From: Lingula anatina
Lineage: Eukaryota > Animalia > Brachiopoda
Length of the DNA stretch: 64,000 bases
Direction of reading: 5' to 3'
NCBI GenBank assembly: GCA_051362555.1
Contig: CM120645.1
Span: 3,844,001-3,908,000, forward strand
In this document: in pieces, positions 13,343 through 27,850 of the stretch
How positions within the stretch are numbered: the first letter of the stretch is position 1
Layout: every line of letters starts with the position of its first letter
Program-made: the position numbers and the translations under genes
The notes under the pieces: model-generated
Databases searched by the model: none
The model's input: the letters and a program-made list of their open reading frames with translations, nothing else
What the model was told of the DNA's origin: nothing

Positions 13343-15199
13343 TGAAGAGAAATACCAAAACCTTTTGGATATACAGATTAACCTGACACCTTGAAGCCAT
13401 CATAACAGATCGGCCCAAGATTTCACTCAAAAATAGACTTACATTGTAAAATTATGAAACTGTGTTCTTTCTAAAAATAATATGTTTAAAATTTATGATC
13501 TATTCAAGACTTTTAAAATAAAGTAAAATACCGCAAAAATGTTTATCAGTACCACAGCTTTCACCCAATTTTTCAGGTAGTACATACCATAAAACTGTCC
13601 GCTGAGGCACCATCAGCGACATAAAGACTATATAATGATACTCACCTCTCGATCTGAAAGTGTCCGAACTATGTTTTATGAGTTATAATAAAAAGTTTAA
13701 TGATAACAATTCATTTTAAAAAAATCATTACAGACCGATATCAAAAGGGGCGTGTCAAAATAGCAAGCGGGAGATAATCGGTTTATGTTTATATTACCTG
13801 TTGTACTCAGGGTACATCCAGAGATATTTTCTGACAGTCTTCCAAATTATTTTTGTTGGCCTATCCTTCATTTTTGACCGTCTTCCGACAGAAAAAAATA
13901 GATGCCCGTCAATTTAAACCTGAAAAATTCTGACCATCTTCCGGAAGACCCAGAAGACGGCCTCCCTCCGCTTCCAAGGTCTTACGACCAAACCAGGTCT
14001 GTAGGGTAACTGATAGAGTCGTAGATATCTTCTTCCAACAATTTGCAAGCCTAAGCCATTTCCGCCGCAGATTAAATGTGCATCCGAACCTCAAGTTTGT
14101 CTACAAGAATTAAGCTAGGAGTACTAGTAATTTTTTGTTCCAACAACCTCCAGAAAAATCATCATTGATAAGATATTTTTTCAAATTTTCAAAGGATTGA
14201 GAGGACAACAACTTAAATATGGCTTTATCAGAGAGATGTAAAAATAGTTGTTCAAAAATAAACCTAATATGTGGACACGTCAAATTAAGTTTAAAAAGCA
14301 TGTACTTATTTAAAACTAGGACATACTTTCAAATGTCCTAGTTAATAATAAGTCTCTCTTGAAAATCTGTGGAAAATACATGTCGATCACAAAAAAAAAA
14401 AAAGAAAAAAAATTACATTTTTCAATGTCATAAATTAATTTACTTAATCGTGTGACGTATATTTATAAGTCATTTGTGACTGAACTTTATTTTTTGTGCC
14501 TCGCAACGTATAGAAATGCACTGTTTTAACTAATTAAAATTAGTTTAAATGTATTTCTCTTTCGTTTCTATAAGGTTGCTCCCATTTAACTATTCTGTGT
14601 GTCGTAGAAAGCATAATGTAACGGACAGCAGCAGTTTGGACTGCCTGGTATCTTCAAAAAAAGCCGAATGAATTTCATCAATGTAAATGTCATTGTTAAT
14701 TTTCTGCGCAGTACCTGTGCGCAGTAGCAAAACCTACAAATGCCTTGAAGACCTAGTTAGCCTCCAACCCAACTTTGTTTCGGCCAATAAGTAGTATTTT
14801 GCAGGATTTCTAAGATAAAAACACCTTTAAGCATTAAAGAAACAGTCAAATACGTGAAATTTTATTGATAAAAATCAGTGTTGTATTCTTCATTGAGAGA
14901 CAAAGTTTGGAGACTATTCATATTCAGGAAGTGCTTTTGCTCTTCCATTGATTTTGTACACCCTCACTGACTTTAATTTGCCAAACCTATTCATTTCATC
15001 AATCTGAATAATAAGCACTTTTAATATATTCATTTTCTAAAGTCATTGTAATTTTGAATTAGATCGCTACTATCAAAGGAATATACAATATTTTTGATAT
15101 TTTCAAGAGTGAGATTCCACAGGGGTTAAAGCAATTAATGACGGGGGTGATAGCGCTTCTTGTGCCAGCTGTAATCACATATTGCGGTCGAGATAGTTG

Positions 15200-15267
15200 T
15201 GAATGAATGTGGCCGGACTACGATACTGAGACCGCATTCTGACCAGCGGACCAGCTACGAAGGACGG
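15200..15267 (+). other. Probable non-coding first exon / promoter region of the laminin beta gene
   Basis: A CpG-richer stretch ends in a strong donor (acg|gtaagt at ~15267). An acceptor ttccag at 16168 precedes the ATG-bearing exon. The start coordinate is approximate. Confidence 0.4.
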
Positions 15268-16272
15268 TAAGTACATTGCACTTAGGGTCAGCACGCGGGG
15301 AGTAGATTTTACACTCTATTTTAGTTGCACCGTATTTATATGTGTATGTTGTGTATCGTTCGGGTGCTTTGTCGGGACCGATTTCGCGTCCCCTAACTTG
15401 GTTTGTGTAATGTGAGTTGCAGCGTTTGTAATCACTGCTTTCCACGACCGACCCGCCTACGCCTAGTTGTGTCAAACTTGTGAGACTTTCGGAAATTTGC
15501 GCTGCATATCGCTTTTCTATGCTTCTCCTAATCGTTGTGATAGTACGCCGTAGATATTTGCCACAAGACAAGATTTATATGCTCCATTTAGTCAACCTTC
15601 ATGCACTGCAGATCAAAGCGAAAAAGATATTCCAAAGTCTGTCTGGATCTGATATTAAAAGTTATATAAGAACTGCTACCTTAAATTTAAATAAGGAAAA
15701 CTCATTCATGTTTAGAATTGACATACGGAAGGCACTGACGTTTTTTCAAAATTGCTTGCTTAATTTGTAGGATGTACTTGCTGGGACTTCGATAATTTGA
15801 AAGTCTGTGTGTTTCTGAATTAAGTCATCCTGCAGGATAATTGGAATTGATAGACAGGGTGATGAACTGTGTTAATGCAATATGTTGTATTTTTGATCTT
15901 GATCTTTATCCTAACTTAACTGGACATCGAGAGCATCTCCGCTATCATGTTCTGTCAAACAGAGATCTTACTGGACCATGACATCTAGCCCAATGTTGTA
16001 TGAATTTGTCCATCTATTGGAACTCATGCCCAAAATGAAAAAAAAAATGAGCTAAAATTTATTTTAAAATCCTTCATAGAGTAAAGATTTGGTCAAATTG
16101 CCACACATGTTGCAGATGTTTTACCTGTGCTTACAAATTAACAAATTTACTTTTCATTTGCCTTCCAGGACTTGGTAATACAATTACTGAGGAGTGTAAG
16201 ACATCTGTAGAAAGAGAGACAGACAGAGAGAGGTCCGTCAGAGGTCAGTGTAAGGGTCATTAAAACAGCACA

Positions 16273-19200
16273 ATGACCAGCAGGACCAGGACAGCCCTGC
16301 CCTTTATAGCCATCCTTATAAAAGGTAAGGCCCATTCTTCAAATGATAGAAATTCAATATTTGACACTACCTGACTTATCGCTGTCAGAACAACACCACT
16401 ATTCCTATTATATATCTCTATCCACTTACGGGTCAACCTAGCATGGTTTTCTATTTAAGCATATGACAGGGTCTTTCGCCATGTTACAGATAAATTGATA
16501 AAAGTAATCTGCATGTTATTAACTTCAGTTAATCATCTTTAGTGCTTGTTAAGATTGAAGAGCTGTTAGGAGTCTTGTTTCAACAGGATAATAGTAAATT
16601 TTATGAGATGGACAGGGTGAGTTAATGTGCTTGATTTCATGGTTGGGTAAGGGGTGAGGGATTAAATTATGATTCCTTATCCAGATCACTCCTGTTTTTC
16701 ACCGCAAGATGGGTTGCAATTATCACAAAGTTTGAAGCAAAAATATCACTTGACTAACTGCTAAATTGATTTTAAGTGAACATCTTCGAATTTGTTTGAG
16801 GTTTTTAAAAGTTTAAAAGTTACAGAAATGTTGAAAAGCAAGTCTCTATTTGCAAAAGAAGTGGTACTTCACATATACCATAGTGTAACTGTTAAACACA
16901 CATTTATTATTTTGCAAATATGTCTCCAATATATATAGGGTGTGCACCTTTGGGATACAATACCCAAAACCAGAAAGAGGGTAGCAACCAGGAAAAAAAA
17001 TTATCTATCGTGAGTGATATTCTGTCTCCTTTAACAAATAGAGGTCAAGTAGATGAACTGTTTTATCAATCGGAGTGAACTCCCAGCTGTATTTACTGTG
17101 ATGAATGGCAGTTGCACACTTGATACTAGGCATAGGTTTATCAAGTGTGAATATTTGCCTACACCTCAAAGTATTCCAGGTATTTGAAATGGTTCTGTGT
17201 TCTCTTTCTGGTCTATATGTTTATACCATTGAGTGAGCTTCTCTCTATCTGAGATTGTGAAAGCTGGCAAGAAATTGTACTACCTCGACAAAAAAGTAAA
17301 GAACTAAAACTTGCTGTTAATGGGTTATAGTTGTGTCCACGAAGGAGAGTGTTTTGCAGCTTCTCACCCGATTAAAACTTCAGCAATGAAATGTGTCATT
17401 TTAGGCGATATATTAAAACCCTCAAAACTTACACTTGAAACAATGTAACATCATCACCAAAATGAATGCAGAATTTTAAATTTGAAGGAACAGTAGGGAA
17501 GGCTAGTGGGGGTGGGGTGGGAGGTGTTTAGGGTCCGCATTGTTAAGTATGTCAAATCAAAACAAAATCTCCCGTCTGAACACAACCTTTAAATGGACCC
17601 AGACCCACCTCTTGCCAGTTTTGGCAAAATGGTGTGACTCATAAGATAGGGATCAGCATCTTTTTGTATTGTTTTATCTGTGTTCCTGCCAGCAGAGAGA
17701 GGGTGAGGAATGTGAGCCATGTGTTTGACCTCACTACACAGGAAATATCTGTGTGTGTGTGTACACTCTCTTGTTCTCCCTGCACAATGGCAGCAGTATA
17801 AGGAGCTTGGGGATCCTCGTTTCATAAAAAGAAGTCTAGACTGAAAGTTGCTCCTTAAATTTTAAGACCATTTTGTAAAGTCTGCTTAGACCCAAAATGA
17901 ATCAGCAGTAGTGTAATAAGAGTTATATTGCATGTGCATTATACTAAGACAGGAAGATGTACTGTTTTAGTGGACTACCACAGATTTATCATAGGTTGAT
18001 GGAGACCAAAATGATGTGGTCCAAAAGTTTAGACCTATTTTCGGTCTAATGTTGGTTCGTGAATGGGGGCCAGGTTTTTTAGTGGATAATCAAGAGAAAA
18101 GGTTCAGTTCTCAGACTTCAAATCACTGAAAGCAGTATTTACATCAGTGGTGAATGAAAAAGAGAAATCCATAAATATTTCGCTGGCTTATACTCTTGTG
18201 AATTGTGGCACAGCACAGTACAGTACAGTACAGAACAGTACCATACTTCAGATTGCTCACAATGTACAGCTTTATACCAGGTTCCATTGTGAGTAGGGTC
18301 TTTACTTTATGTCAATATTTATGTGTACTGAGGCCAAAGTATGTAATCAACTGCTTTATGGTTTATACCACACTGGATGCACAGACATAATACGGGGGTT
18401 CAGCTCTCTTTGCATGCTGGAAATGAAACCCAGTTCCTCATTAGAGACCAAAAAGTATTTTATCCATGGCTAAGGTGTGCTGTGGTATATATCTGCTACA
18501 GTTTTGAGACTTTTGAATTATTTTCCTATCTGACTGGAAAAAAAGAAAAAAATCATAACTCTTTTAATCCAAATTGGTGAAAATCCTAAAAATATATATA
18601 AACAGGAATTGAAAATACATTGGGCGGGTCATGTAAAAGAGAAACACTTACAAGGATACATTTGTGTATTTGTGAGTGGAGGGGGGGTGCATTGGAAGTG
18701 ACAGCTACTGAAGCTTGTAAAGGTAAATTTTAGTAAAGATATTTTTTAAACAAATTTATCTAAATCATTGCTGAATTTAGAATTTGCTTCAAATGTATTG
18801 CCCCCCAGTTTTCATTCTAAATGAATCATATTGAGCATTGGGCAAAACAGCCAGTATTTGCTATCACCTTATTGTATATTTTTCCTCAGATGGCCATTTT
18901 TATTAGATTTTCCTCTATGGATTTGGGTTTATGATGGGAGGAGCACTTTGTTCTGGTATCAAAGCTAAGTATGCCGCAGCTGTGATTTATGAAGCTCTGG
19001 AGGTGATGTGGTCAGGAAGAAAAGTGAAATGCTGCTTTTTATTTAGAGATGATCTCAGAGATTGATAAAAGGGAAATTGCTGACATCTTTCTCTTGATTT
19101 TGGGACAGATGCTCAAAAGGCTTATTTTTCAATGAATTTGACCACATTCCTTTTTTATGGCACTGTTTTAGTTTAGAATATAAAAAATTTGACCTTTAAA

Positions 19201-22200
19201 TCCAATTTTGGGCCAGTATAGCTGTAAGCATGGGAAATGTGGCATTGTTTTTTCCTCAAAAAGTCTCAGTAAAAGTCAAATATTTTGTCCTGATAGTTAA
19301 GATGTGCTGCTATAGTACAAAGCATGCTTGCAAAATATTTATAAGACAATTATAAGATAAACATCAAAGGCAAATTGTTGAATATAATTATAAATGCAGT
19401 TTTTAAACTTGTTATTATTATATTATTATTATTATTTTTTTTCTTTGCACTAAAATTAATAATTTTCAGCTTTTTGGCACAAACAAATGTTTCGCCAATA
19501 TGGGTGTCCACATGTTTCATACTATCAGAGACAGAGGGGGTAATGGCCACTTACTATAATTATATAGAAATCCTTGTACAAGTCCTATTAGCTATATCCT
19601 TTCTATCTCATGTAAGATAAAAGTCTTAAGATTACTTCCTCCCTGATATGTTGAAGATGACATTCCCTTCCTAAGTTAGGCCAGTTATCTCCAACAGTTC
19701 ACAAGAGATAGTATATAATTCCAAATTACAATGCCCTTTGTCCAGTAGTGACCAGTGGGTATTGACATAATTACAAGATGACCACCGGTGATTACCTGTA
19801 TCACATGTACCTGTATAATAGTCATAGCCTACACCTGTCCTTGGTTGTGGTTTAAATTATTGTGGAATCTCTGATGAGTCATTTCGATATGAAGATTCAA
19901 CCACATGTTAAAATGTTAGGAAAGAATGTTGAAGTTCTACATGTTTGCAAATATTTTACATCCATTGGTTACCTTCAGATTCTTTTGCTGGAGTCTCCGG
20001 CAGTTAATTTTATGTCAGACAACTAACAGTTAAAATTAAAGGTATTTTTAAAACTTTCAAGCACATATGCATCTTAACTATTTTTTGAAACATTTTGACA
20101 AAAAAATTATGGAGGACAAAAGAACGAGGATGAAATACTGATGAATGGTCCACAGCGCAGCATACAAAAATGGTGTGAACAAAGTTGGGATTTTTAACCA
20201 ACTATAGGAAGCATGACTATTTACTTGAATGAGCAGTTTGGTTGCCTAGTTTATTGGCCACGTCAGTGAACAGCGGTTCTTTAAGGGCATGGTCATTTTT
20301 CACCTCTTAACTACCTTCCATGACCTGAGAGGGTGTTAATGTGCGAATGCTCTTGCGTTTTTGCAATATAATATCCGCTTGCTGACGATGCTGGGTCCTA
20401 CAATAGATGTGATGAAGTACACATGGATGGTCTACGCTGGTGCTGTATAGGAGGCTTGCACTACAAATGTCACAGAAAATCTACTTTGACTGAAGAAAAG
20501 TGAAATTTTCAATCAATTTGTTCATTTGACTTAAAATTTCGTGGAAAATGATATTTTGGAGAAACCTTTTTGCTCATATGTACCTCCCTCCCCCACTTGA
20601 TAGGCATAAATATGGCACTCGTAGCAATTTGACTGCTTAAATCTTGTTAATGGTCAGAATAAGAATTGAGATTTCAATGTGAACTTGGGTGTAGTATTTT
20701 GTATTAATGAAAATACATTAAGAACATTTGCACAGGCCATACTGAGTGAACCCATTGCACATAAACATTGTTACTAGCTGTTACAATAACATACCACAGA
20801 AAACAATGAAATGTCAATCAAGATTAGTCCATAAACCCAATTTCATTATGAAATACAATAAAATTACTACGGTACCCAGTGCATTAAAGAGCACATAGGT
20901 ACAAAAAGCACTGGACAAGACAGGTTTTATGCCAACATTCCCCCAACAAATCGTGACCCTGAATTTCAGAGTACTGATAGTTAACAATCACATTATCAAC
21001 CAAAAGTGCACTTTATTACCCTGAGTCTCTAGGCTTTGATGATAGCTCTTCTGCAACCTATAAATCCCTCCAAGTCTCAGTGAATTAAACGTCTATGCTC
21101 ACAAGAAAGGTTCGGGCGCAGGCACAGGCACTGAAACTCAGGGTGCAGAGTCGCCAGCCTGTGTTGCTATTTCGCCTTTGGTCTCAAAAGTTTCTTGGTT
21201 CATGTTTAATGGACACAAGACTATTTGAAGTATGCCTGACTTGACATTGCCATATAGCTTAGTGAAACTGGATACCGTCAGTAACAATAGCAACCTGCTA
21301 CTTTCATGGCGGACTATGAGTGGACTTTTGGGGGATTGGGGATGGTGTGGAGGGGGGAGGGGTGGATAAGATGAATGCTGTTATTTCTTATACATGTCAA
21401 ATGTTGAACATCACATTCTCTAGTATTGAATTTTTCCCCAAAATTTGTTTTTATTTGAATATTTTGCCTATTTAGGCAATTGGAATAAAAGTGGTCACAT
21501 AGGCTTCAGAGAAATAATGTGACCAGGTTCTTAACTGTGGGGCATGTCATTTACATATGGGTAATTTTGTTAAACAATTCTTTTGCCAATGACAATATTT
21601 GAAAAATAAAAAAAAAACAAAAACAAAACAAAACAAAAAATTCCAAATCTTTAAAAAAAGTTCTGTTTGCATTTTCAGGTCTTCTTGCTCAGATAGAACA
21701 GCCATGTTTCCAAACATCTTGTTATCCAGCGACAGGCGATCTTCTCATCGGCCGAGAGGAAAAACTGAGTGCTACATCAACCTGTGGTCTGGACAGGCCA
21801 GAGACCTATTGTATAGTTTCTCACTTAGAGGACCAGAAGAAATGCTTTACTTGTGACTCTAGAGAGCAGTATGTAGAAGGACTGTATCCCTATAGCCATA
21901 GAATAGAAAATATTGTTTCCTCAGCCTATTTAGGGCGAAAAGACAGTTGGTGGCAGGCTCAGAATGGACTAGAAAACGTCTCCATTCAGTTAGATTTGGA
22001 GGCTGAGTTTCACTTCACTCATTTGATTATGACCTTCAAAACGTTCCGGCCAGCCGGAATGTTGGTTGAGAGATCGTATGATTTTGGAAAAACCTGGAAG
22101 GTATATCGATATTTTGCTGAGGATTGTGAGCAGACATTTCCTGGAGTACGGACTGGACCGATCAGATCACTGGATGATGTAATCTGCGAATCTCGTTACT

Positions 22201-25200
22201 CCCAGGTGGCGCCCTCTACAGAAGGAGAGGTAAGCTATTTGCTTGTGTTTCTTTTATGTTTATGTAAAATAAATGCTTGAAAAGGGTGACAAAATATATT
22301 TGATTATTATAAATCACTGTTGTTAAATTTTTCCCTGTACAACAGATGTCATCTCAGCAGTTAGACTGACAATGGCCTGATAAAAAAGTCTTAAAGGATA
22401 AAATATCTTATTTCTGTGTCTGGTGTGAAGAAAAAGTGATCACTGTCCTTGCTTTTTGCAGGTAATCATGAGAGTTGTGCCTCCAAACATTGTTGTCACT
22501 GACCCTTACAGTGAGGATGTTCAGGATCTGCTCAAGATGACCAACCTGAGAGTCAACTTCACAAAACTACACACACTAGGTAAGATTTTACATACATCAC
22601 GGTGACTTCCAATTGGCCAAAAAATCAAGAATGTCATAATATATATTTGTAGATGTTGATATTAGACTGCAGATCTGCAACTGCATTTTTCAATGGGAAT
22701 TATCAGTTCTTGCTAGCAAATGGTGTCACATGCAAAAGGCCAATAGTTTTATGGAGTCTTATGGAATAACAAACGTGGAGTTCGATTCTCTTAAAACTAC
22801 AAGTTTTAGGGTCACATCCCATTCAAGAAAGTAATATATACTAGTATAAGTGCTTGTTTGGAATTTGAACAATGGATTTCTGGTTGGCCATTCTTTTCTT
22901 ATAATTGCTCCTGTTTCAATAGTAAAGGAATGCAGTGAATTTCCTGTGTGTACTAAAGTGGTTCTTGAATATTGTATGGGTGCAATATTATTGGGTTAGG
23001 AATATAAATATATATATATGTCTGATATATGTGATGAAGTTTGAAACATTTCTGCAAAGTAAATCTGTTTGTTTACTTTATATAGAGCATGAGAAAAATA
23101 CAACACCTAAACAAAACACCAAATTTAGAATGTGGATGCAGGGTTTTCAGTCAGTTTCAACATTGAAGTAAAAAGAAAGATTTCATTGTTTCCAATATGG
23201 ATCCTAAAATTTAGTGCCCATATTGTTTTGACCTGTGTTAATACAGAAGTAAAATATTTCCTGTCTGAATGAATGTAAAAAGAAAGAAGTGATAGTTTCG
23301 TGGTTTGCAATCTCCATGTTATTCCCTCGTATACATCCTGTGGTTGCCAAAAAAGGGGTTATGTGGTCAAGATCAGTACTTTTCCAGGCTGGCTATTAAA
23401 TTTGATGGTAAATTTCACAGTTTTGTTTGTGAAGTTTGGAGTTTTACTTAAAAACTTGAGAAATTGGATAGAAAATTTGAATATGTTTGGGAATTTTAAT
23501 TTGTAAAGTATTTCACAGTTGGCTGGTAGTAAATTTATACTTTTGTCTGCAGCATATCTGCTCATTTTGCAGATAAATCTTTGTTTGATATGTAATATTT
23601 TCAGTAGGACTTGAAAACTTCAGCTCTAATGATCATTTGCCATTTTGACAAACTTTTCAGATCCTCCTGTTGTAGAAAATATTAAAATCTCTTACACTTA
23701 TTTTCAAACTTTGCCGGATTAATACTATGATACTATATGATTTATAAAGTTCACAATCATTTTTTTTTGCCAAAATGGGCTCAGATTCCTGTAGGGTTGG
23801 ACATTTTGGAAATGTACACCAGTCTGTGAAAAGTGTTTGTTGCCCGACACAGGGTTGAGATTGGCCAAATAACGCAGGCCACAATAACGTCACCTCACTT
23901 TGATCTGCAGTGCTTTATGAATGCATTGAAAGCCAGGTTGTATTTGGGGGCATTATTTAGGGAAGACCTTTGTGTTTGAGGCAGGGAGAATGATGAATTA
24001 GTGTCAGGAAACGGGAGACCCGTGCATATAGGTTGCAATGTTCTATTAAACTGAGGGGTGCATTCAGGGGGTGCAGAAATATGTGACCCAGACAACAAGA
24101 GGGTGGAAAATTTACCTCACGATCAGTTCAGACAGGGACTACCATTAGAGCGAAAATCTGGAAAAACTTGTGTCTTTCAGACATCCAGGTGCAAAATTTT
24201 ACATGGTAGAACACACCGAGAGCAGAGAAAAATGGCCTAGATCAACATAATTGTGAGAAGAGTCAGCTTTTTAAGTTCTGGAGTAATGATTTTAACCTTT
24301 GAGTTATGACAGGGTGATGGATTGTGTATGGCAACACCTTAATGTACTGCCTCTAGCTAGTAATACTCTTCCACAAGAATGTGTTAACCAGCACTGACCA
24401 TCAGTTGACCATAAACTGACCAAGGGTATCCCCTTGACCACCTGGCCTTGGTATTGGTGAGATATCACACAAAATGGAATAGCTGGGATGGACCAATCAT
24501 AACTGGGAATGAGAAATTACAACAACCAAAAATTATTATTAATAGAAAAAAATGAAAACGCCTCACTTTCTGTGGTCTTAAACTTTTTGCAACATCCCAA
24601 ATGCATATATAACATCTTTTTAAGATGATTGAAATAATGTTTTTTTTAAAAGAAAAATGCAAAGAATGCCCATAATTGTTCATTCTTTTCATGAATTGTT
24701 TAATGAGGAAAATTGTATTGGAAATTTATCTCAAGTATGCTGTCCCTTTAAAACAAATGCAGTTAAAATCCACATGTAAAAACAGCTGTGGTACATAAGA
24801 TGCCATTTTCCTGGAATATAAGGTCTGCTGCTGCCAGCTTGTCAAAATGAAAATGTTCAGGAATCTCTCGGCGGCGTCCAGTTCTCAGCTTTGTATTAAA
24901 ACATACACTCGTGTGCTAAACACATGCGGCAGGAAGAGATGAAACATTTCAAGGCTGCAAATCAAAGCAGTGGATATGAACTTATGCGAGAGCAGATATT
25001 GTTACAGATGAAAGGGAAGCAGAATTATAATACAGAGCAGCGCTCTCACATTTGTGGAGAGTTTTCTTTCCGCCTGGTGACCTCATGCTGTACTGAAGGC
25101 CCTGTGTTGACAGCTGGAGGGTGGGGAACTGAGGGATCCAAACACTGTCTGGACTGTGGCCGTATGAAGCCAAGTCCAGCAGAAATGTCTGGATTGAAAT

Positions 25201-26178
25201 GTCTGTATGTAGCCTGGCAGAAATATAGCACATATCCTCACTACATGAGCTTTTAACGTGGAAATGCAGAATTCTGCTTTTTTTAATTCAATTTTAAGGC
25301 ATCCCCTGGACCCCAGGCCAGTTAGGTGTTGGGTCCCATGATAAATGTGCAGAGTTTTTTTCGGTAGTCTAGGCTCGTGTCTATGACATAGAGGCAGTGT
25401 TCCCAAAGGACATGGGCTCAAAATTGGTCTGAACTTCTAGAAATTCAGCCTTCTTCAGTTTGAAATAGATATATATGTGGACAAAATAGTCCATTTGAAT
25501 GAAGTGAGTATTGGTATGATGGTAGGAAATGTCTTGTTAATGAATTAAAACATGAACTGCAATATATACCATGTCACTTGACTATTTCTGATGGGTCAAA
25601 GTTGACTTAAGTTTTGCTCTTAATTTTTAGTCTACAACAGTTTTTGGACTAAATTTCTCTTGTGAAACAGACAGGTGCTGTAGAGGTGTGTCTAGACTAG
25701 GACCCTCATCAGAGCTGGTGTGGGTCTTGATGACATCATCAGATTACCAGAATAACTATCAGAGGTATTACTGTTTGCACTGGTGTGGACTTGCTGTGCA
25801 GCATCTTTTCACTGCTGTACTCCGGTGCACCAGTAGGTATTAATAAGGGTAATTAGATGGTTGATGGATGTCCTGCTGAGGTATTTAAATCTGTATCTGG
25901 TACAGTAATTTCACTACTATGCTTTTGCTGTTTTCAGTGTTCAGATATACACCATTATTTGTATAATACATTGCAATTAAAAATAAAATTGTTAGTTTTA
26001 AGCATTTTGTAAAAATGTCCTAGAACCCTTATAAAATTATTGTTAAAATTGGGATATCTAATGATGTTGGTTAGTTGGTTAGTTTCAAACTGGTGTAAGT
26101 GTAGGTCTGGGTGATAGCTTATGCTATTATACTACCTGGTATAGTTTATGTATTTGGTGGCATTGGTGCAACAGCTGG

Positions 26179-26213
<35 letters not shown>

Positions 26214-27806
26214 TACATAGGGGTCCTGGGAGATTTCCATACCTAACAAACCATGCAGTCATGATTGCAGTGATTTCTGAATTGGAATTGATGAAGTTAA
26301 TTCCCAAACTAACTTTACTTCATTTAATCCAGATTTATGAATTAGTTATTATTTGATTTTAATTGGAAATGTGGCTGATATTTTTCTCCAAAGTAAATTG
26401 TCATTATGGTAACCATTAAGTGGTCATTATAAATACTAGTGTGGACCTGGCTCAATTTGACCTGTAGAAACCTAATGCAAGCTTATGAATATATTTTAAT
26501 TATCATTAATACTCAATTATCATTGAGTTTTGCACTTGTATATTAACCTGAATAAAAAAAGGCAGTAGAGTGTCACTGTGGAGTGTCTGGCCCTCAGGAG
26601 AGGGTGGACATTTAATTCTTGCACTTTAGCGACCATTTGACTGCAGGCCAAGTGACCACACAGTGTATATTTCACTGTCTGTCCATTGTTATTTTTTCTA
26701 TGGCCTGGTGTATTAAATCCTCTGCGCATTGAAATGACCATTCCATTGCCAACACATTACATCGTCTGTGCATTAAATAACGATACCCTGCCCCAGTTCA
26801 TTACATTGTCTGTCTATTGTCATGCGCCCCGGGTTTCATGTAATAAGCAACAAAGGCTGGTGAATACAGAGGATGGATAAATGGGGTGCTCATTCACAAC
26901 CAAGGTTGTAGAAATTTAGACAGCTGTGTTATTATACCCTCCATAACTGTTATTTCCTATCAACACAAGACTGTGTTCATTCTAGCATGGGGCATTTAAG
27001 CAAAATGCGTAATATATACTAATTTGGTGAAATAAAATGTAAAAATTATACTTTTTTAATTTAATTTATCATTTTGTATTGGCTTAAATTATTCAGTGGT
27101 TTGGTGACATGAAATTTGGGAGCTTATGCAGTAAGACCACAGCTGAAGACTGGTGATTTGTTCCCCTCCACAGTGCAAATAGTTTGTGATAATTACAATT
27201 ATAATGATAACATTCATTCAGCGAATTAAGTATATAAATCACATATTATAAAAACAGCTTTTTAGTCCCAAGAGAAAAATTTATGTTAAAACAGTTTTTA
27301 AAGATTGCAGGGATATGCTTTTTGTCCAATTGATATGGCAATTGGATAAAAATTTCTAAACACCTGCTTTTAATAAGATGTTTTATTTGAAATAAATTGG
27401 CAAATGGGCTAAAAACATAGCACCAAGTGACTGGGTTTATTACATTCAGCTTTAGTAGTCTGAAGAACAGTGGGTTCTCTTTGTATTACCACCCTCTGCA
27501 TAGCACTGATGATGACTTTTTGGTTCTTTTCTGTGTGATTCCACACTTCCTCTTAGACAAATATGATTATTATTTGTTAAATGCAAAATGCACAGATCAA
27601 GATAAATCTGGTAGCATTAAGTTGAACACACAACAGCAAGCTCATAGGAAATACATAAACTTGTAATTATTGTGTAAATATTTGTGGTGAGATTGGTGAG
27701 AGGTCAGCAAGTGTCAAAGACAAGGCAGAAACTGTTGTGGTTATCATATATAGTCTCTTGTAATTCATGTCAACTTGATGATTGTAGTATTGATTGCTGA
27801 AACAGT

Positions 27807-27850
<44 letters not shown>

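Noticed and set aside
24924-25421. Cluster of overlapping 60-110 aa ORFs in a laminin intron as a nested gene
   Set aside because: No recognisable motifs or consistent splice structure. It is consistent with chance ORFs in a less AT-rich patch.
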